A stretch of 64,000 bases of DNA from an uncultured cyanobacterium (GTDB taxonomy: Bacteria > Cyanobacteriota > Cyanobacteriia > Cyanobacteriales > Nostocaceae), in NCBI GenBank assembly GCA_963706595.1, contig OY970166.1, positions 960,001 through 1,024,000 of the forward strand, in the 5' to 3' direction. Positions within the stretch are counted from its first letter, which is position 1. Each line of letters begins with the position of its first letter. The translations under genes were made by a program, and so were the position numbers. The notes beneath the pieces are model-generated. The model did no database searches. It worked only from the letters and a program-made list of their open reading frames with translations, and was not told the origin of the DNA. Of this stretch, positions 10,675 through 20,867 are shown piece by piece.

Positions 10675-10716
10675 TTGAACCTCAAACGGATTTTTTTGAG
10701 CCTCAAACGGATTTTT
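10675..10716 (-). promoter_or_regulatory. 21-bp tandem direct repeat, putative AraC-family operator
   Basis: TTGAACCTCAAACGGATTTTT / TTGAGCCTCAAACGGATTTTT (20/21 identical) between the araC gene and the receptor. Confidence 0.6.
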
Positions 10717-10732
10717 ACTTTACTAACCCAAA

Positions 10733-10763
10733 GATCCCCGACTTCTACTAGAAGTCGGGGATC
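10733..10763. repeat. perfect inverted repeat (REP-like element or terminator after araC)
   Basis: GATCCCCGACTTCTA-c-TAGAAGTCGGGGATC. Confidence 0.65.
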
Positions 10764-10785
10764 TGAGTCCAGGAAATGCTAGATG

Positions 10786-11783
10786 TTAGTTAGTTTTAAA
10801 ATACTGCTTTAGTAATAAATCATAAGATTTAGGATTAGTATTAAATTGCTTACGGAAAGCTGCTGCAAAACGGCTTTGATTTGCATAACAGCACGCGCTA
10901 CTTGTTTAACATTCATTTGACCTTCTAAAAGCAATTGCCGGGCTTTTTCCATGCGTTGTTGGTGTAAGTAGCCAAATGCAGTTGTACCTAATACTTGGCG
11001 AAAGCCTAACTTGAGTTTATAGTCGTTTAATCCTACTTTCCTGGCTAGTTCCAGTAATGACGGTGGATTGTCTAAATTTTGAGTTAAAATTTCTTTGGCA
11101 TTATAAATTCTGTCGATATCATCTCGTTTTAAAGCAGTGGCTTTTGTAGAAATATTTTCACTTTTGGCTAATTGTTCTAGTTTCAAAGCAATCAATTCTA
11201 AACATTTACTTTCTAAATAAATTTTCTTAGTTAAACTTGTAAAGGGACAATTAATAATTTGCTCCAGAGCAATTCGCATTTCTGGAGTGGTCTGATCAAT
11301 TTGAATATATGACTCTTGGTTAGGTTCGATGAGCTTTTGGATAATTTGCGGCGGTATGGGATTTAATCCACCGTCCATAAAGCTATCGATTAATTCAGGG
11401 GATTCTGGATGTATATCAACTTTTAAAAGTCGTTGATGTTGCAAAATTTCTGTTTGACCAGGTTGGTAGACACCGCCAGTATGAAGAAAGTTTTGTCCGG
11501 CATTAGTGTTATTCCAATAGCCTAATAGATGAAAGCCAAATTCCAGACCGTTACTATAACTTTGTTCTGGTGCTTTCTCAATAATTAAATTATGATCAAA
11601 TTTGGCATCTATAATTAGTAAACTAATGTCTCGCAGTTGAATCCAACGTTCATATCCACTACCAAATTCTTGAGGACATACATTAATAATATCAGATGCG
11701 TCTGATGGGTCTGGTTGTTTGGTGTTTTGGTTGCGTTCTCTCCATAATTCTTGGTACTCTGCTAGTGAAATAAGCTTTGCCAT
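10786..11783 (-). pseudogene. AraC/PchR-like regulator frameshifted in the second HTH
   Basis: YLESK.LEL and PPSL.ELAR.VGLN..KLK.GF motifs; after QVARAV the canonical YANQSRFAAAFRKQFNTNPKSY continues in another frame (~10888). Confidence 0.85.
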
Positions 11784-11959
11784 GCGCTATTCTAAAAAAC
11801 AATTAATACTAATTAATTTACAATACTATAGCTATATTTTCTCAAATAGTTTGGGATTAAAGCGTATCAAAATATAACAATGGTGTCTAGAGTTCAGGTA
11901 AATTGACAATCTAAGTCCTAAATTTTCCCTGCTTACCAATGCAGTGCGATATCTTCACT

Positions 11960-12028
11960 ATGTCTAATCAACGCAAAATTCAAAGCATCTACACCGATGG
12001 CGCTTGTACTGGGAACCCTGTCCCTGGC
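11960..12028 (+). pseudogene. rnhA: 5' fragment of ribonuclease HI
   Basis: MSNQRKIQSIYTDGACTGNPVPG matches the RNase HI YTDGAC.GNPGPG motif, then homology stops. Confidence 0.8.
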
Positions 12029-12264
12029 AGGGCTATTTTGTTCCCTAAAAGGGTTGAAATTGCAAGGGTCAAACAGATAAAAATTGAGGGCAAATCCACA
12101 ATTAGGACAAAAAATTTTGGTGTCTTCAGACCGAAATACCTGATTTTTCTTTGCGTCTAACGCACTTCGTGCTAGAGCTTACAGCACGCTACGCGAACGC
12201 TAGAGCCTCCGGCACACTTCGTGAACGCTGATGCGCCTTTGCGTGAGATTATCCTATTGACAAA

Positions 12265-12559
12265 AATTGGGATTAGCACAGAAGAACAACCAAGCGCCCA
12301 AACAGTCACGCTTTTGGTAGAATCTATCAAAAAAACCAATGTCCCCGCAATTTTTGCCGAAACCACAATTAACCCAGCTTTAATTACCACCGTAGCTCAA
12401 GAAGCAGGTGTAAAGTTAGCACCCAGAGAATTATACTCTGATTCTATTGGTGCAAAGGGCAGTGATGGCGATTGTTATATTAACATGATGGTAGCAAATA
12501 CCCGCACCATTGTAGAAGCATTGGGGGGTAAATATACGCCATTTCAACCGAGTAAATAA
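12265..12559 (+). pseudogene. 3' fragment of Mn/Zn ABC substrate-binding protein (MntC/TroA family)
   Basis: GISTEEQPSA, VPAIFAETTIN, LYSDS.G..GS....Y..MM..N; N-terminal two-thirds absent. Confidence 0.8.
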
Positions 12560-12643
12560 ATTAAGAACACAAAGATACTCGAATTATTCGTATTTGAAGA
12601 AGACGCGATTCATCGCGTCTCTACAATGTGGGTATTTCGTTGA

Positions 12644-13999
12644 TTATTTATCCAATTTTACGCCCCGAATTGAATAATCTAATAACTCCATTGGGTGCAT
12701 GACAGAAATTGTTTTACCTTGCAATTGCAGATGTTTAGTAATTTGCAACGTACAACCAGGATTAGCCGAAGCAATTAACTCAGCACCAGTATTTAATAAA
12801 TTTTGTACTTTTTGCTGTCCTAATTCCTCAGCAACTTCTGGTTGCAACATATTATAAACACCAGCACTACCACAACACAAAGCTGCGTCTATGGGTTCGC
12901 TTAACTTTACTCCGGGAATTTGGCGTAACATTTGACGCGGTTGCACACTAATCTTTTGTCCATGTAATAAATGACAAGCATCTTGATAAACTAAATTTAA
13001 AGGTTTATCAGTTAACGGTGATAGTTTAGCTGTCATGCCCACATTGACTAAAAACTCTTGAGCATCTTTCACTTTAGCCGCAAAAGCCTGAGCCTTTTCT
13101 TTATATTCTGGGTCATCTTGTAAAATGTGACCGTATTCTTTTAAAGTATGACCGCAACCAGCAGCATTGATAATTACAAAATCGACATTGGTATTAGCAA
13201 AACTATCAATCATTTGTCTAGCTAAAGTCTTCGCCTGTTCCGTTTGTCCTTGGTGTTCCGGAAGCGCCGCACAACAACCTTGAGATTGCGGAATTACAAC
13301 CTCACAACCATTAGCAGTTAAAACCCGGACAGTTGCTTCATTAATAGGAGAGAAAAACAGCCGTTGCACACATCCCAAAATCACCCCAACTCGGTAACGC
13401 TTCTCACCTTGGGCGGGAATAACATCGGGTAAATTATCTTGAAAAGATTGAAGAGTAATTTTTGGTAAAATTGATTCCATTGCAGCCAAACGGGGAGATA
13501 CTTTTTTCAGTAACCCTGTAGCCCGCATCAACTTTGGTAAACCTAATTTCTGATAAACCAGCAAAGGAAACAAAAACAAGCGTAATAAATCAGGATTAGG
13601 AAACAAAGAAAATATCAGTTTACGAATTAAAGTATCTGGTAAACTGCGGGAATAATTGCGTTCAACTTGGTGACGAGTCGCAGAAATCAACTTGTCATAC
13701 TGCACACCAGAAGGACAAGTACTCACACAAGCCAGACAACCCAAACAAGAATCAAAATGTTCCACAGTTGCCGTATTCAGAGCAATTTCACCCTTATTAA
13801 TAGCATCCATTAAATAGATGCGACCCCTGGGAGAATCCATCTCCTTACCAATCACCCGATAACTGGGACAAGTAGCCAGACAAAAACCACAATGTACACA
13901 ACTATCAATCAACTTCGGATCAGGTGGCTGACTAACATCAAAACCCTTTAAATTCTTAATCTTAGCAGTATCATTCACAGAATTATCAGAAACTTGCAT
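12644..13999 (-). CDS. glcF: glycolate oxidase iron-sulfur subunit
   Basis: CVHCGFCL..CP, SPRGRI, CLGCLAC...CP, two CCG domains; follows glcE. Confidence 0.9.
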   Translation of the reverse strand: MQVSDNSVNDTAKIKNLKGFDVSQPPDPKLIDSCVHCGFCLATCPSYRVIGKEMDSPRGRIYLMDAINKGEIALNTATVEHFDSCLGCLACVSTCPSGVQYDKLISATRHQVERNYSRSLPDTLIRKLIFSLFPNPDLLRLFLFPLLVYQKLGLPKLMRATGLLKKVSPRLAAMESILPKITLQSFQDNLPDVIPAQGEKRYRVGVILGCVQRLFFSPINEATVRVLTANGCEVVIPQSQGCCAALPEHQGQTEQAKTLARQMIDSFANTNVDFVIINAAGCGHTLKEYGHILQDDPEYKEKAQAFAAKVKDAQEFLVNVGMTAKLSPLTDKPLNLVYQDACHLLHGQKISVQPRQMLRQIPGVKLSEPIDAALCCGSAGVYNMLQPEVAEELGQQKVQNLLNTGAELIASANPGCTLQITKHLQLQGKTISVMHPMELLDYSIRGVKLDK

Positions 14000-14052
14000 T
14001 TTATCCTATTCCCCTCTTCCTTGGCGACCTTGGCGACTTGGCGGTTCGTTAA

Positions 14053-15336
14053 TCAAATTCCACCCACAAACCGACCAGGACTTAAAATATTCTTGCTATC
14101 AAACTGAGCCTTAACTTGACGCATTACCTGTAAAGAATTACCAGAATAACCCCAAACATCCATTGATTCCTTAACCGTATTTGGTCCCGTTAAAATACTC
14201 AAAAAACCTCTATTAAACTCACACTGCTGACGCATTTTTAAAACCTGGTTTTCATCCTCAAATTGCAACCAACCCAAACCACTAGCCAGATGAATCAAAC
14301 CCATTTCCGCCTGATTTAAAACCTCCACAGCCGCAGTCGGTAATACTCCTATTTTGCAGGTAATTGTAGAATCCGTAACCGAATCATCCATTATTTCTCG
14401 CAATCTTTGCCATAGAGAGCCTTCATGTTCATTCACATAAATTGTCCCAACTAAACCCAACTTTTCCCCCACGGCTAACAATCGATTTGACTGTTCCTTC
14501 ACACTTTCAGTAATACTTTGAAAACGTGCAATTAATCCCAACCCCTGATTCAAGCCTAACTTAGAAGTTAGTTCAGTGGAGAGCAAATCAGCCTGGGTGG
14601 GTGTCAACGCCGAACTGCGGAGAGTATTTGCGGCTTGAGATATAGCTTCTGCTGTGCCAGTTAGCACCACCGTACCAGAGGTTTCCGCCAGTGGATATAC
14701 GCGAAAAGTTACTTGACTAATTATTCCTAATGTGCCGTAAGACCCAGTAAATAACTTCATCAAATCGTATCCGGCCACATTTTTCACAACTCGCCCTCCG
14801 GCTTTGGCAATTTGTCCATCAGCACGGATAAAAGTAATACCTAGTAGCTGGTCGCGGACACTACCATAACGTTGTCTAAGGGAATTGGTATCTGCTGTAG
14901 CGACAATACCGCCAATTGTGGCTGATTCTGGTCTGCTGGGGTCAAGGGCGATGAATTGCCGCGATTTTGCCAAAATTGCCTGGAGATGGGAAAACTGCAT
15001 CCCAGCTTCGACTGTGACGGTTAAATCACCAACGGCGTGTTGAATTAGTTGATTGATGTGTTCTGTACTAACTACGATATCAGCGCTTTTGACTAAACCA
15101 CCCCAGTTGATTTTACTGCTTTTGCCACAGGGGAGGACGCGCCAGTTCTGACGGTGCGCCTCGGCGATGACGGCTGCTAGTTGGTCTTGGGTGCGGGGAT
15201 AGACGATACAATTGGGCGGTTTTGCCGATGCGATCGCCTGTTGGATTTGTTTTTGCTGGCTGGGTTCGAGGTTTGACCAAGGATAGATAGCGTTTTCTTC
15301 GATGATAGATGCAAGAGCAGAGGCGATCGCGTTCAT
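14053..15336 (-). CDS. glcE: glycolate oxidase FAD-binding subunit
   Basis: ATIGGIVAT, GGRVVKNVAGYDLMKLF.GSYGTLG, FD..NILSPGRF. Confidence 0.88.
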   Translation of the reverse strand: MNAIASALASIIEENAIYPWSNLEPSQQKQIQQAIASAKPPNCIVYPRTQDQLAAVIAEAHRQNWRVLPCGKSSKINWGGLVKSADIVVSTEHINQLIQHAVGDLTVTVEAGMQFSHLQAILAKSRQFIALDPSRPESATIGGIVATADTNSLRQRYGSVRDQLLGITFIRADGQIAKAGGRVVKNVAGYDLMKLFTGSYGTLGIISQVTFRVYPLAETSGTVVLTGTAEAISQAANTLRSSALTPTQADLLSTELTSKLGLNQGLGLIARFQSITESVKEQSNRLLAVGEKLGLVGTIYVNEHEGSLWQRLREIMDDSVTDSTITCKIGVLPTAAVEVLNQAEMGLIHLASGLGWLQFEDENQVLKMRQQCEFNRGFLSILTGPNTVKESMDVWGYSGNSLQVMRQVKAQFDSKNILSPGRFVGGI

Positions 15337-15614
15337 CAGTTTCTTTTTGTAGTCCCTAATTCTAATTTACTGGATGAACGAACCGCATTGCCGCTAGCCT
15401 CTCCCTTTGGGATCAGGACGCATTCGCGAAGCGTCTCCCCAAGGGAAGAAGGACACCAAGAAAGGAAAGAAAGGATTTTCAAAAAAAAAGTGATCGCGCG
15501 ATCGCTAGATATGTCATACTTAATTATGAATTGCTTGTGTGACTTTTCATAACAATTTTTATGCATTCTCCCCGACACTTGTTCTTTGTGTCATAGTGGG
15601 AGGGTGAGAATTTA

Positions 15615-15718
15615 TTCGGCGATCAGCTTTTGTTTTTAGTATTGACAGGCTCCTTCCTTTTGGTATTTACAGACTTTTCCCCGAAATCGAAATCTCTACA
15701 CTCTTACGATTTTGGAGA
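15615..15718 (+). promoter_or_regulatory. conserved cyanobacterial rbp 5'-UTR boxes
   Basis: TTCGGCGA (15615), TTTGTTTTTAGT (15629), TCCCCGAA (15678), TTTGGAGA RBS (15711). Confidence 0.65.
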
Positions 15719-15724
15719 AAATCT

Positions 15725-16027
15725 ATGTCAGTTTACGTAGGCAATTTATCTTACGAAGTTACACAAGACACTCTTAGTGCTGTGTTTGCAGAATATGGTT
15801 CTGTAAAGCGCGTACAGCTACCTACTAACCGTGAAACAGGACAACTGCGCGGTTTTGGCTTTGTAGAAATGGGTACAGATGAAGAAGAAACAGCAGCTAT
15901 CGAAGCTCTCGATGGTGCTGAATGGATGGGACGCGACTTGAAAGTAAACAAGGCGAAACCCAGAGAAGATAATAGAAGTTCAGGTTCCTTTGGTGGTGGA
16001 AACCGTGGTGGTGGAAACCGTTACTAA
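15725..16027 (+). CDS. RRM RNA-binding protein with Gly-rich tail (Rbp family)
   Basis: RNP2 VYVGNL, RNP1 RGFGFVEM, LDGAEWMGRDLKVNKAKPRE; paralog letter not assignable. Confidence 0.95.
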   Translation: MSVYVGNLSYEVTQDTLSAVFAEYGSVKRVQLPTNRETGQLRGFGFVEMGTDEEETAAIEALDGAEWMGRDLKVNKAKPREDNRSSGSFGGGNRGGGNRY

Positions 16028-16093
16028 ATAATCTAGATTAGACCTTTTCATCTCCTAAATACTGGAAGTAAAAAAGGTCATAATCTCAAAACC

Positions 16094-16753
16094 TCAAACC
16101 GAATCGGTTTGAGGTTTTTTAATGAGCGTAGGGCTAAGTTGTAATAGCGGTTTCTCCGCAGTTCGCATAATTTGCTGTTGTTGATGACGCTGTTGTAATT
16201 TGTACATATGATCAAACAAATTCCAGCAATATTCCTCTGGTAGTCCACAGGTAACAGCACCCCGCAGGACAACATTAAAATACCAGTCATTGGGCGCGAG
16301 TTCTTCTGTGAGCTTGTTAACTACTATATAGGTACGAGCGTTTGTGTATACTTGATTTTGGCAATGAATATCTACTGTTTCTTGACGATAGAAACTTTCG
16401 GAAACACCTTCGCGTTTATCCAGATATGCACTCAATCGCCAGGGTAGTTGATACAGTACACCTTTAACGCTGGCGTTGGGATCTGGTAACACATCCAAAA
16501 CACCACAGTGACGTGTTGGAGAATAGGAATAAAACCCTAAGCGATAATTCTTTAAAATTGCCGGTCCGATAATATAAGAATGAGTATTTTCACCAAGCGA
16601 TCGCTTTAAATCTACAGGACACATACAAGAGCCATAAGCAAAATAGTAAAACGTCGGCTCTTGCTGTGGCTGTTGTTGCCGTTTTAGCTCTGGCTGTGGG
16701 GGATGATGACATTTTACCCAACTATGGTGTGAGCGATCGCTTTGATGACTCAT
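16094..16753 (-). CDS. gamma-glutamylcyclotransferase (AIG2-like) family protein
   Basis: YFAYGS, V.GVLY.L, LD.REG motifs. Confidence 0.85.
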   Translation of the reverse strand: MSHQSDRSHHSWVKCHHPPQPELKRQQQPQQEPTFYYFAYGSCMCPVDLKRSLGENTHSYIIGPAILKNYRLGFYSYSPTRHCGVLDVLPDPNASVKGVLYQLPWRLSAYLDKREGVSESFYRQETVDIHCQNQVYTNARTYIVVNKLTEELAPNDWYFNVVLRGAVTCGLPEEYCWNLFDHMYKLQQRHQQQQIMRTAEKPLLQLSPTLIKKPQTDSV

Positions 16754-16874
16754 CTATCTTTGGAAGTATATTATTTATATATCTAGAAGATATTTTATCA
16801 TTAATTTCCGAAAAATACAACTATATTCCGATTGACAAAGTGTAGTTTAAAATTTGAGCATTCCAGACTCTTCC

Positions 16875-17588
16875 CTAAGAACCTTGATTTAACCTGATTG
16901 CGGAACCAGTTTGATTACTGTGATACACCAAAGTTTGATTACCCGCACCGACAGTGACGCGCCAACCTGGAACTAAAGCTTGAGTACAGAATTCATCAGC
17001 AGCAGCTAAATTCAAACAGCCATCATTCCAAGTCTGCTGTTCAGCTGCAATAATGCTGAGTTGAGAAGTTGATAGTTGTAAACGTTGAGAAGCCGCTTGG
17101 AAAACTGCATCTTTTACAGATTTCGGCAGATTTGCTGATGGATTTGTGGGAGTATTTGCTGAAACTAACCGTAAAGAACGCCCATTCGCATTGGTGTGAT
17201 ATATCCAGCTTTGTTTGTTATTAGACACAACAACTCGCCAACCAGAAACTAAGGCTTGAGTACAAAGCTCATTAGGTTGAGGCAATTCCAAACAACCATT
17301 ATTCCAAGTTTGTTGCTGATAATCAACAATTTTGATATTTTGAGTTGAAATTCCCTGTTTACGATCTAAATCGCGTAGTACCGCATGAGCTATATTAGGT
17401 GGTAAGCGGGTTTGCTGATTTTTAGCTAATACTTCATTAGTCATTGTTGGTGTAAAGCTGATCGAATCAGCATAGGCAGTTTTGAAGATTGTCAACCCTC
17501 CAGCAACAGATAAAATAGCAGTTAAAATTAAAGCTGAGATAATTCGGGTTTGATAGGCAATATAATACTTTTTTAGAGTAAAAATCAT
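16875..17588 (-). CDS. secreted protein with two copies of a Cys-containing domain
   Basis: Signal peptide; two QQTWN.GCL....E.CTQALV.GWRV.V....YH.N..G..RL repeats. Confidence 0.75.
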   Translation of the reverse strand: MIFTLKKYYIAYQTRIISALILTAILSVAGGLTIFKTAYADSISFTPTMTNEVLAKNQQTRLPPNIAHAVLRDLDRKQGISTQNIKIVDYQQQTWNNGCLELPQPNELCTQALVSGWRVVVSNNKQSWIYHTNANGRSLRLVSANTPTNPSANLPKSVKDAVFQAASQRLQLSTSQLSIIAAEQQTWNDGCLNLAAADEFCTQALVPGWRVTVGAGNQTLVYHSNQTGSAIRLNQGS

Positions 17589-17822
17589 TAGAAAAACTCC
17601 ATATTTATAAGTAATTAGATAGACGTTAATATTCTAATCATTTGTTCCTCGTGTGGTAGGGGTTTAGCATTGCTAAACCCCTACGAAATATGTGCTTTTT
17701 AGTGTTTTACATATTTGGTATTTATTGTCAACGCGTAAGTCCTAAATTTTAACTTGCAGACAAGAATGCAACTTATGTCTAAATGGAGTAGTCATGATGT
17801 TTTAGACTAACCGTAGCAAATA

Positions 17823-19057
17823 ATGAAAAAATATCATCAGTGGTGTGTAGAGTTAATCGGCGGGAAATTTTTTCACCGTCAAAAGCAGGCGTTATTTGCC
17901 GTGATAGTTGCCTTGAGTATGATCGCTACATTCATGATATCATCGCCTCTGAATGCTCAAACCACAGTCAAGTCAGAATTAAGAGGCGTGTGGTTAACAA
18001 ATATTGATAGTAATGTACTGTTTGAACGCGATCGCCTAAAAAATGCCTTAGAACGCTTAGATAACTTAAACTTTAATACAGTTTACCCCGTAGTCTGGAA
18101 TTGGGGATATACATTATATCCTAGCAAAGTAGCAGCCAAAGTCATTGGGCGATCGCTCGATCCCGAACCCGGACTACAAGGACGAGATATGCTCCAAGAA
18201 ATTGTCACCGAGGGACATAAAAAAGGCTTAAAAGTGATTCCCTGGTTTGAATTTGGCTTCATGGCTCCGGCTGATTCCCTTCTCGCTAAAAATCGTCCCC
18301 AATGGCTCACCAGTCGCCGAGATGGTAGTAAAATAGTCAAAGAAGGCATACATGAACGAGTTTGGCTAAATCCCTTCCATCCAGAAGCACAGAAATTCAT
18401 CCAAGATTTAATCGTTGAAATCGTCAGCAACTACGACATTGACGGCATTCAATTTGATGACCATTTCGGTTTACCATCAGAATTGGGCTATGATGCCTAC
18501 ACAGTAGCCTTATACAAAAAAGAACACCGTGGACAAGCACCCCCACGAGACCCCAAAAATCCCGCATGGGTGAGATGGAGAGCTAACAAAATTACCGACT
18601 TCATGAAGCGAGTATTTGCAGCCATCAAAGCCAATCAAAAAGATTGTATAGTTTCCGTCGCCCCTAACCCGCAGCGTTTTTCCTACGAATATTATCTCGC
18701 AGATTGGCAGAGATGGGAAAGAATGGGACTGGTAGAAGACTTAGTATTGCAGATATATCGAGATGATTTGAACGTATTTATCAAAGAACTAGAGTATCCA
18801 GAAGTCAAAGCCGCCCGCAGCCATATTCCTGTGAGTATCGGTATTTTATCCGGCTTAAAAAATCGCACAGTCCCTATAGAACAAATTAAAACACAAGTAC
18901 AAACAGTGCGCGATCGCAAATTTGCCGGAGTTTCCTTCTTCTTCTACGAAACCCTGTGGAACCTCAGCCAAGAACAAACCTTAAAACGTCAAACAGGCTT
19001 AAAAAACATCTTCCCCACACCAACAACTTATCCAAACTTACTCACAGGTTGGAAAGA

Positions 19058-19073
<16 letters not shown>
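17823..19073 (+). CDS. glycoside hydrolase family 10-like protein (GHL10/DUF187)
   Basis: ELRGVWL, FNTVYP.VW..GYTLYPS, PWFEFG, YDIDGIQFDDHF. Confidence 0.88.
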
Positions 19074-19130
<57 letters not shown>

Positions 19131-19265
19131 ACTAAAACTCACGGAAGTATTTCCTCCTTCTCTTTCTTCACTTGGCGTACTTGGCGTACTTGGCGGTTCG
19201 TTAAAAAAACACAACTTAATTTCAGTAATTAAGACATCGAAACATCATCCCCCCCAGCGCCCTAA

Positions 19266-20753
19266 TTATCCGCCAATTCCCAACCTTCCCGCCACACCCG
19301 GAGTTAAAGGTAAAAGAGTAGTAATCATTAAAAACAGCGCCAATAGAGCTAAAGCCGCTCTAGCATCATCAGGTTCGCTGATTTCATTTAAAGTCGGGCG
19401 TTCCAAATCTCTTTGTAAAAAGAAAATCACCACCGCCCAATAAATAGCCAGAGAATTACCCAGAGAAATTAGCCCCAGGAGAATCAAAGTAGCCGCAGTT
19501 GCTCGTCCTGCGGTTTTGCGTCCATAAATTGCCTGTATAATCCGACCACCATCTAACTGTCCAGCAGGCATTAAATTCAAAGCATTGATCACTAAACCTA
19601 GCCAACCAATCACTACCAGAGGATGGACACTCACAACAGACGATTGTAACGCTGAACCCAAGACAACCCGCGCCAAGCTACCGACTAAAATTGAACCTTG
19701 GAAAAACTGATTAGGTAATTGAAATAAACTACCAGGGTGGGAAAGTAGCAAACCCACAATTAACATTAACAAAGACAGGATACCACCTGCGGCTGGCCCT
19801 GCCAAAGCAATATCAAAAAGTACCTTACGATTGGGTAACAGAGACTCAAAGCGAGTAATTGCCCCAAAAGAACCGATTTGCACCGCCGGTAAAAAGAAAG
19901 GCCAGCTGAGGCGGATTTCGTGACGACGAGCCAGCAACCAATGACCAATTTCATGAGTCGCCAAAATTGCCAAGATCCCAGTAGCTATGGGTAAAGCCTC
20001 TGCATATCGTTCTGGATTGGCAAATAAATCAAAATTCAGCAATAATCCCGCAGTTTCTACACAAGTGAAGATTGTTGCTATCAATAAAATTACCGCAAAG
20101 GATTTTTGCTGTAACGACATCGGACGAGGATCATTCCGACTAGGTAAAACAATCACCACAGGTTTACCCTCTGTGCTATCCACTAAAAATAGCCGATATT
20201 TATCACCGACTTTTTCTTGTAAACTGGCAGTGAGACGGTTGTGAATTTCTTCTGGTTCCCCCCGCATATTACCTTTGAAAATCGCCCCTTCTTGATAGGA
20301 GATAGTTTCTGTAGTAAAAAACGTATCAATTCCAAAAATGCTTCTAATAGCACTCAAATCCTCATCAGGAATTGGTAAGGGTTCGATTTTCAATTCTGCT
20401 ACTATGACCTGGGGAGTATTTTCGGCTGCTGGTGAAGAATTAGCCGCTAACCTCTCCGTTGCTTTTTGCTGAATAATTGCATCTTGTCCAGCAGCGCGTA
20501 ACTGTCTACCCAAAAACACATAAAACCCAGCCGAAGTCACCACTAAAATCAATATCCCCAGTATATTAATGTAAATACCAGCCGCAAACAAACCAAAAAA
20601 CAGTAGCCAGGGAGTCATCAATACCACCGACTGTAACCAGGCTAAGATTCCCAGTTTTCCAAAAGGTCTAGCGCGATAAAAGCCCCAACCTAAAATACCC
20701 AAAGCAATTAACAAAATTATCCCAATAACGGGAATCTCTGATGAGGTAAACAT
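19266..20753 (-). CDS. site-2 protease, peptidase M50 (EGY-like)
   Basis: HEIGH and NLMPAGQLDGG motifs, GSFGA; ATG at 20753 preferred. Confidence 0.9.
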   Translation of the reverse strand: MFTSSEIPVIGIILLIALGILGWGFYRARPFGKLGILAWLQSVVLMTPWLLFFGLFAAGIYINILGILILVVTSAGFYVFLGRQLRAAGQDAIIQQKATERLAANSSPAAENTPQVIVAELKIEPLPIPDEDLSAIRSIFGIDTFFTTETISYQEGAIFKGNMRGEPEEIHNRLTASLQEKVGDKYRLFLVDSTEGKPVVIVLPSRNDPRPMSLQQKSFAVILLIATIFTCVETAGLLLNFDLFANPERYAEALPIATGILAILATHEIGHWLLARRHEIRLSWPFFLPAVQIGSFGAITRFESLLPNRKVLFDIALAGPAAGGILSLLMLIVGLLLSHPGSLFQLPNQFFQGSILVGSLARVVLGSALQSSVVSVHPLVVIGWLGLVINALNLMPAGQLDGGRIIQAIYGRKTAGRATAATLILLGLISLGNSLAIYWAVVIFFLQRDLERPTLNEISEPDDARAALALLALFLMITTLLPLTPGVAGRLGIGG

Positions 20754-20867
20754 TTCCAAACCCTTAGCTGTGAAAAACAAAGCCCGAATTAGTCCGGTAT
20801 TACAGACATTATCCCCTAATCCTTGACACTCCGTCGCCCAAAACCCCTCCCTTGACATCCCAAACTC

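Noticed and set aside
11939..12390. ORFs 11939-12160 and 12172-12390 as real genes
   Set aside because: The first is a chimera of the rnhA stub with element sequence; the second is an antisense shadow.
15336..15578. 80-aa ORF upstream of glcE
   Set aside because: Runs through short dispersed repeats and promoter DNA; no protein-like features.
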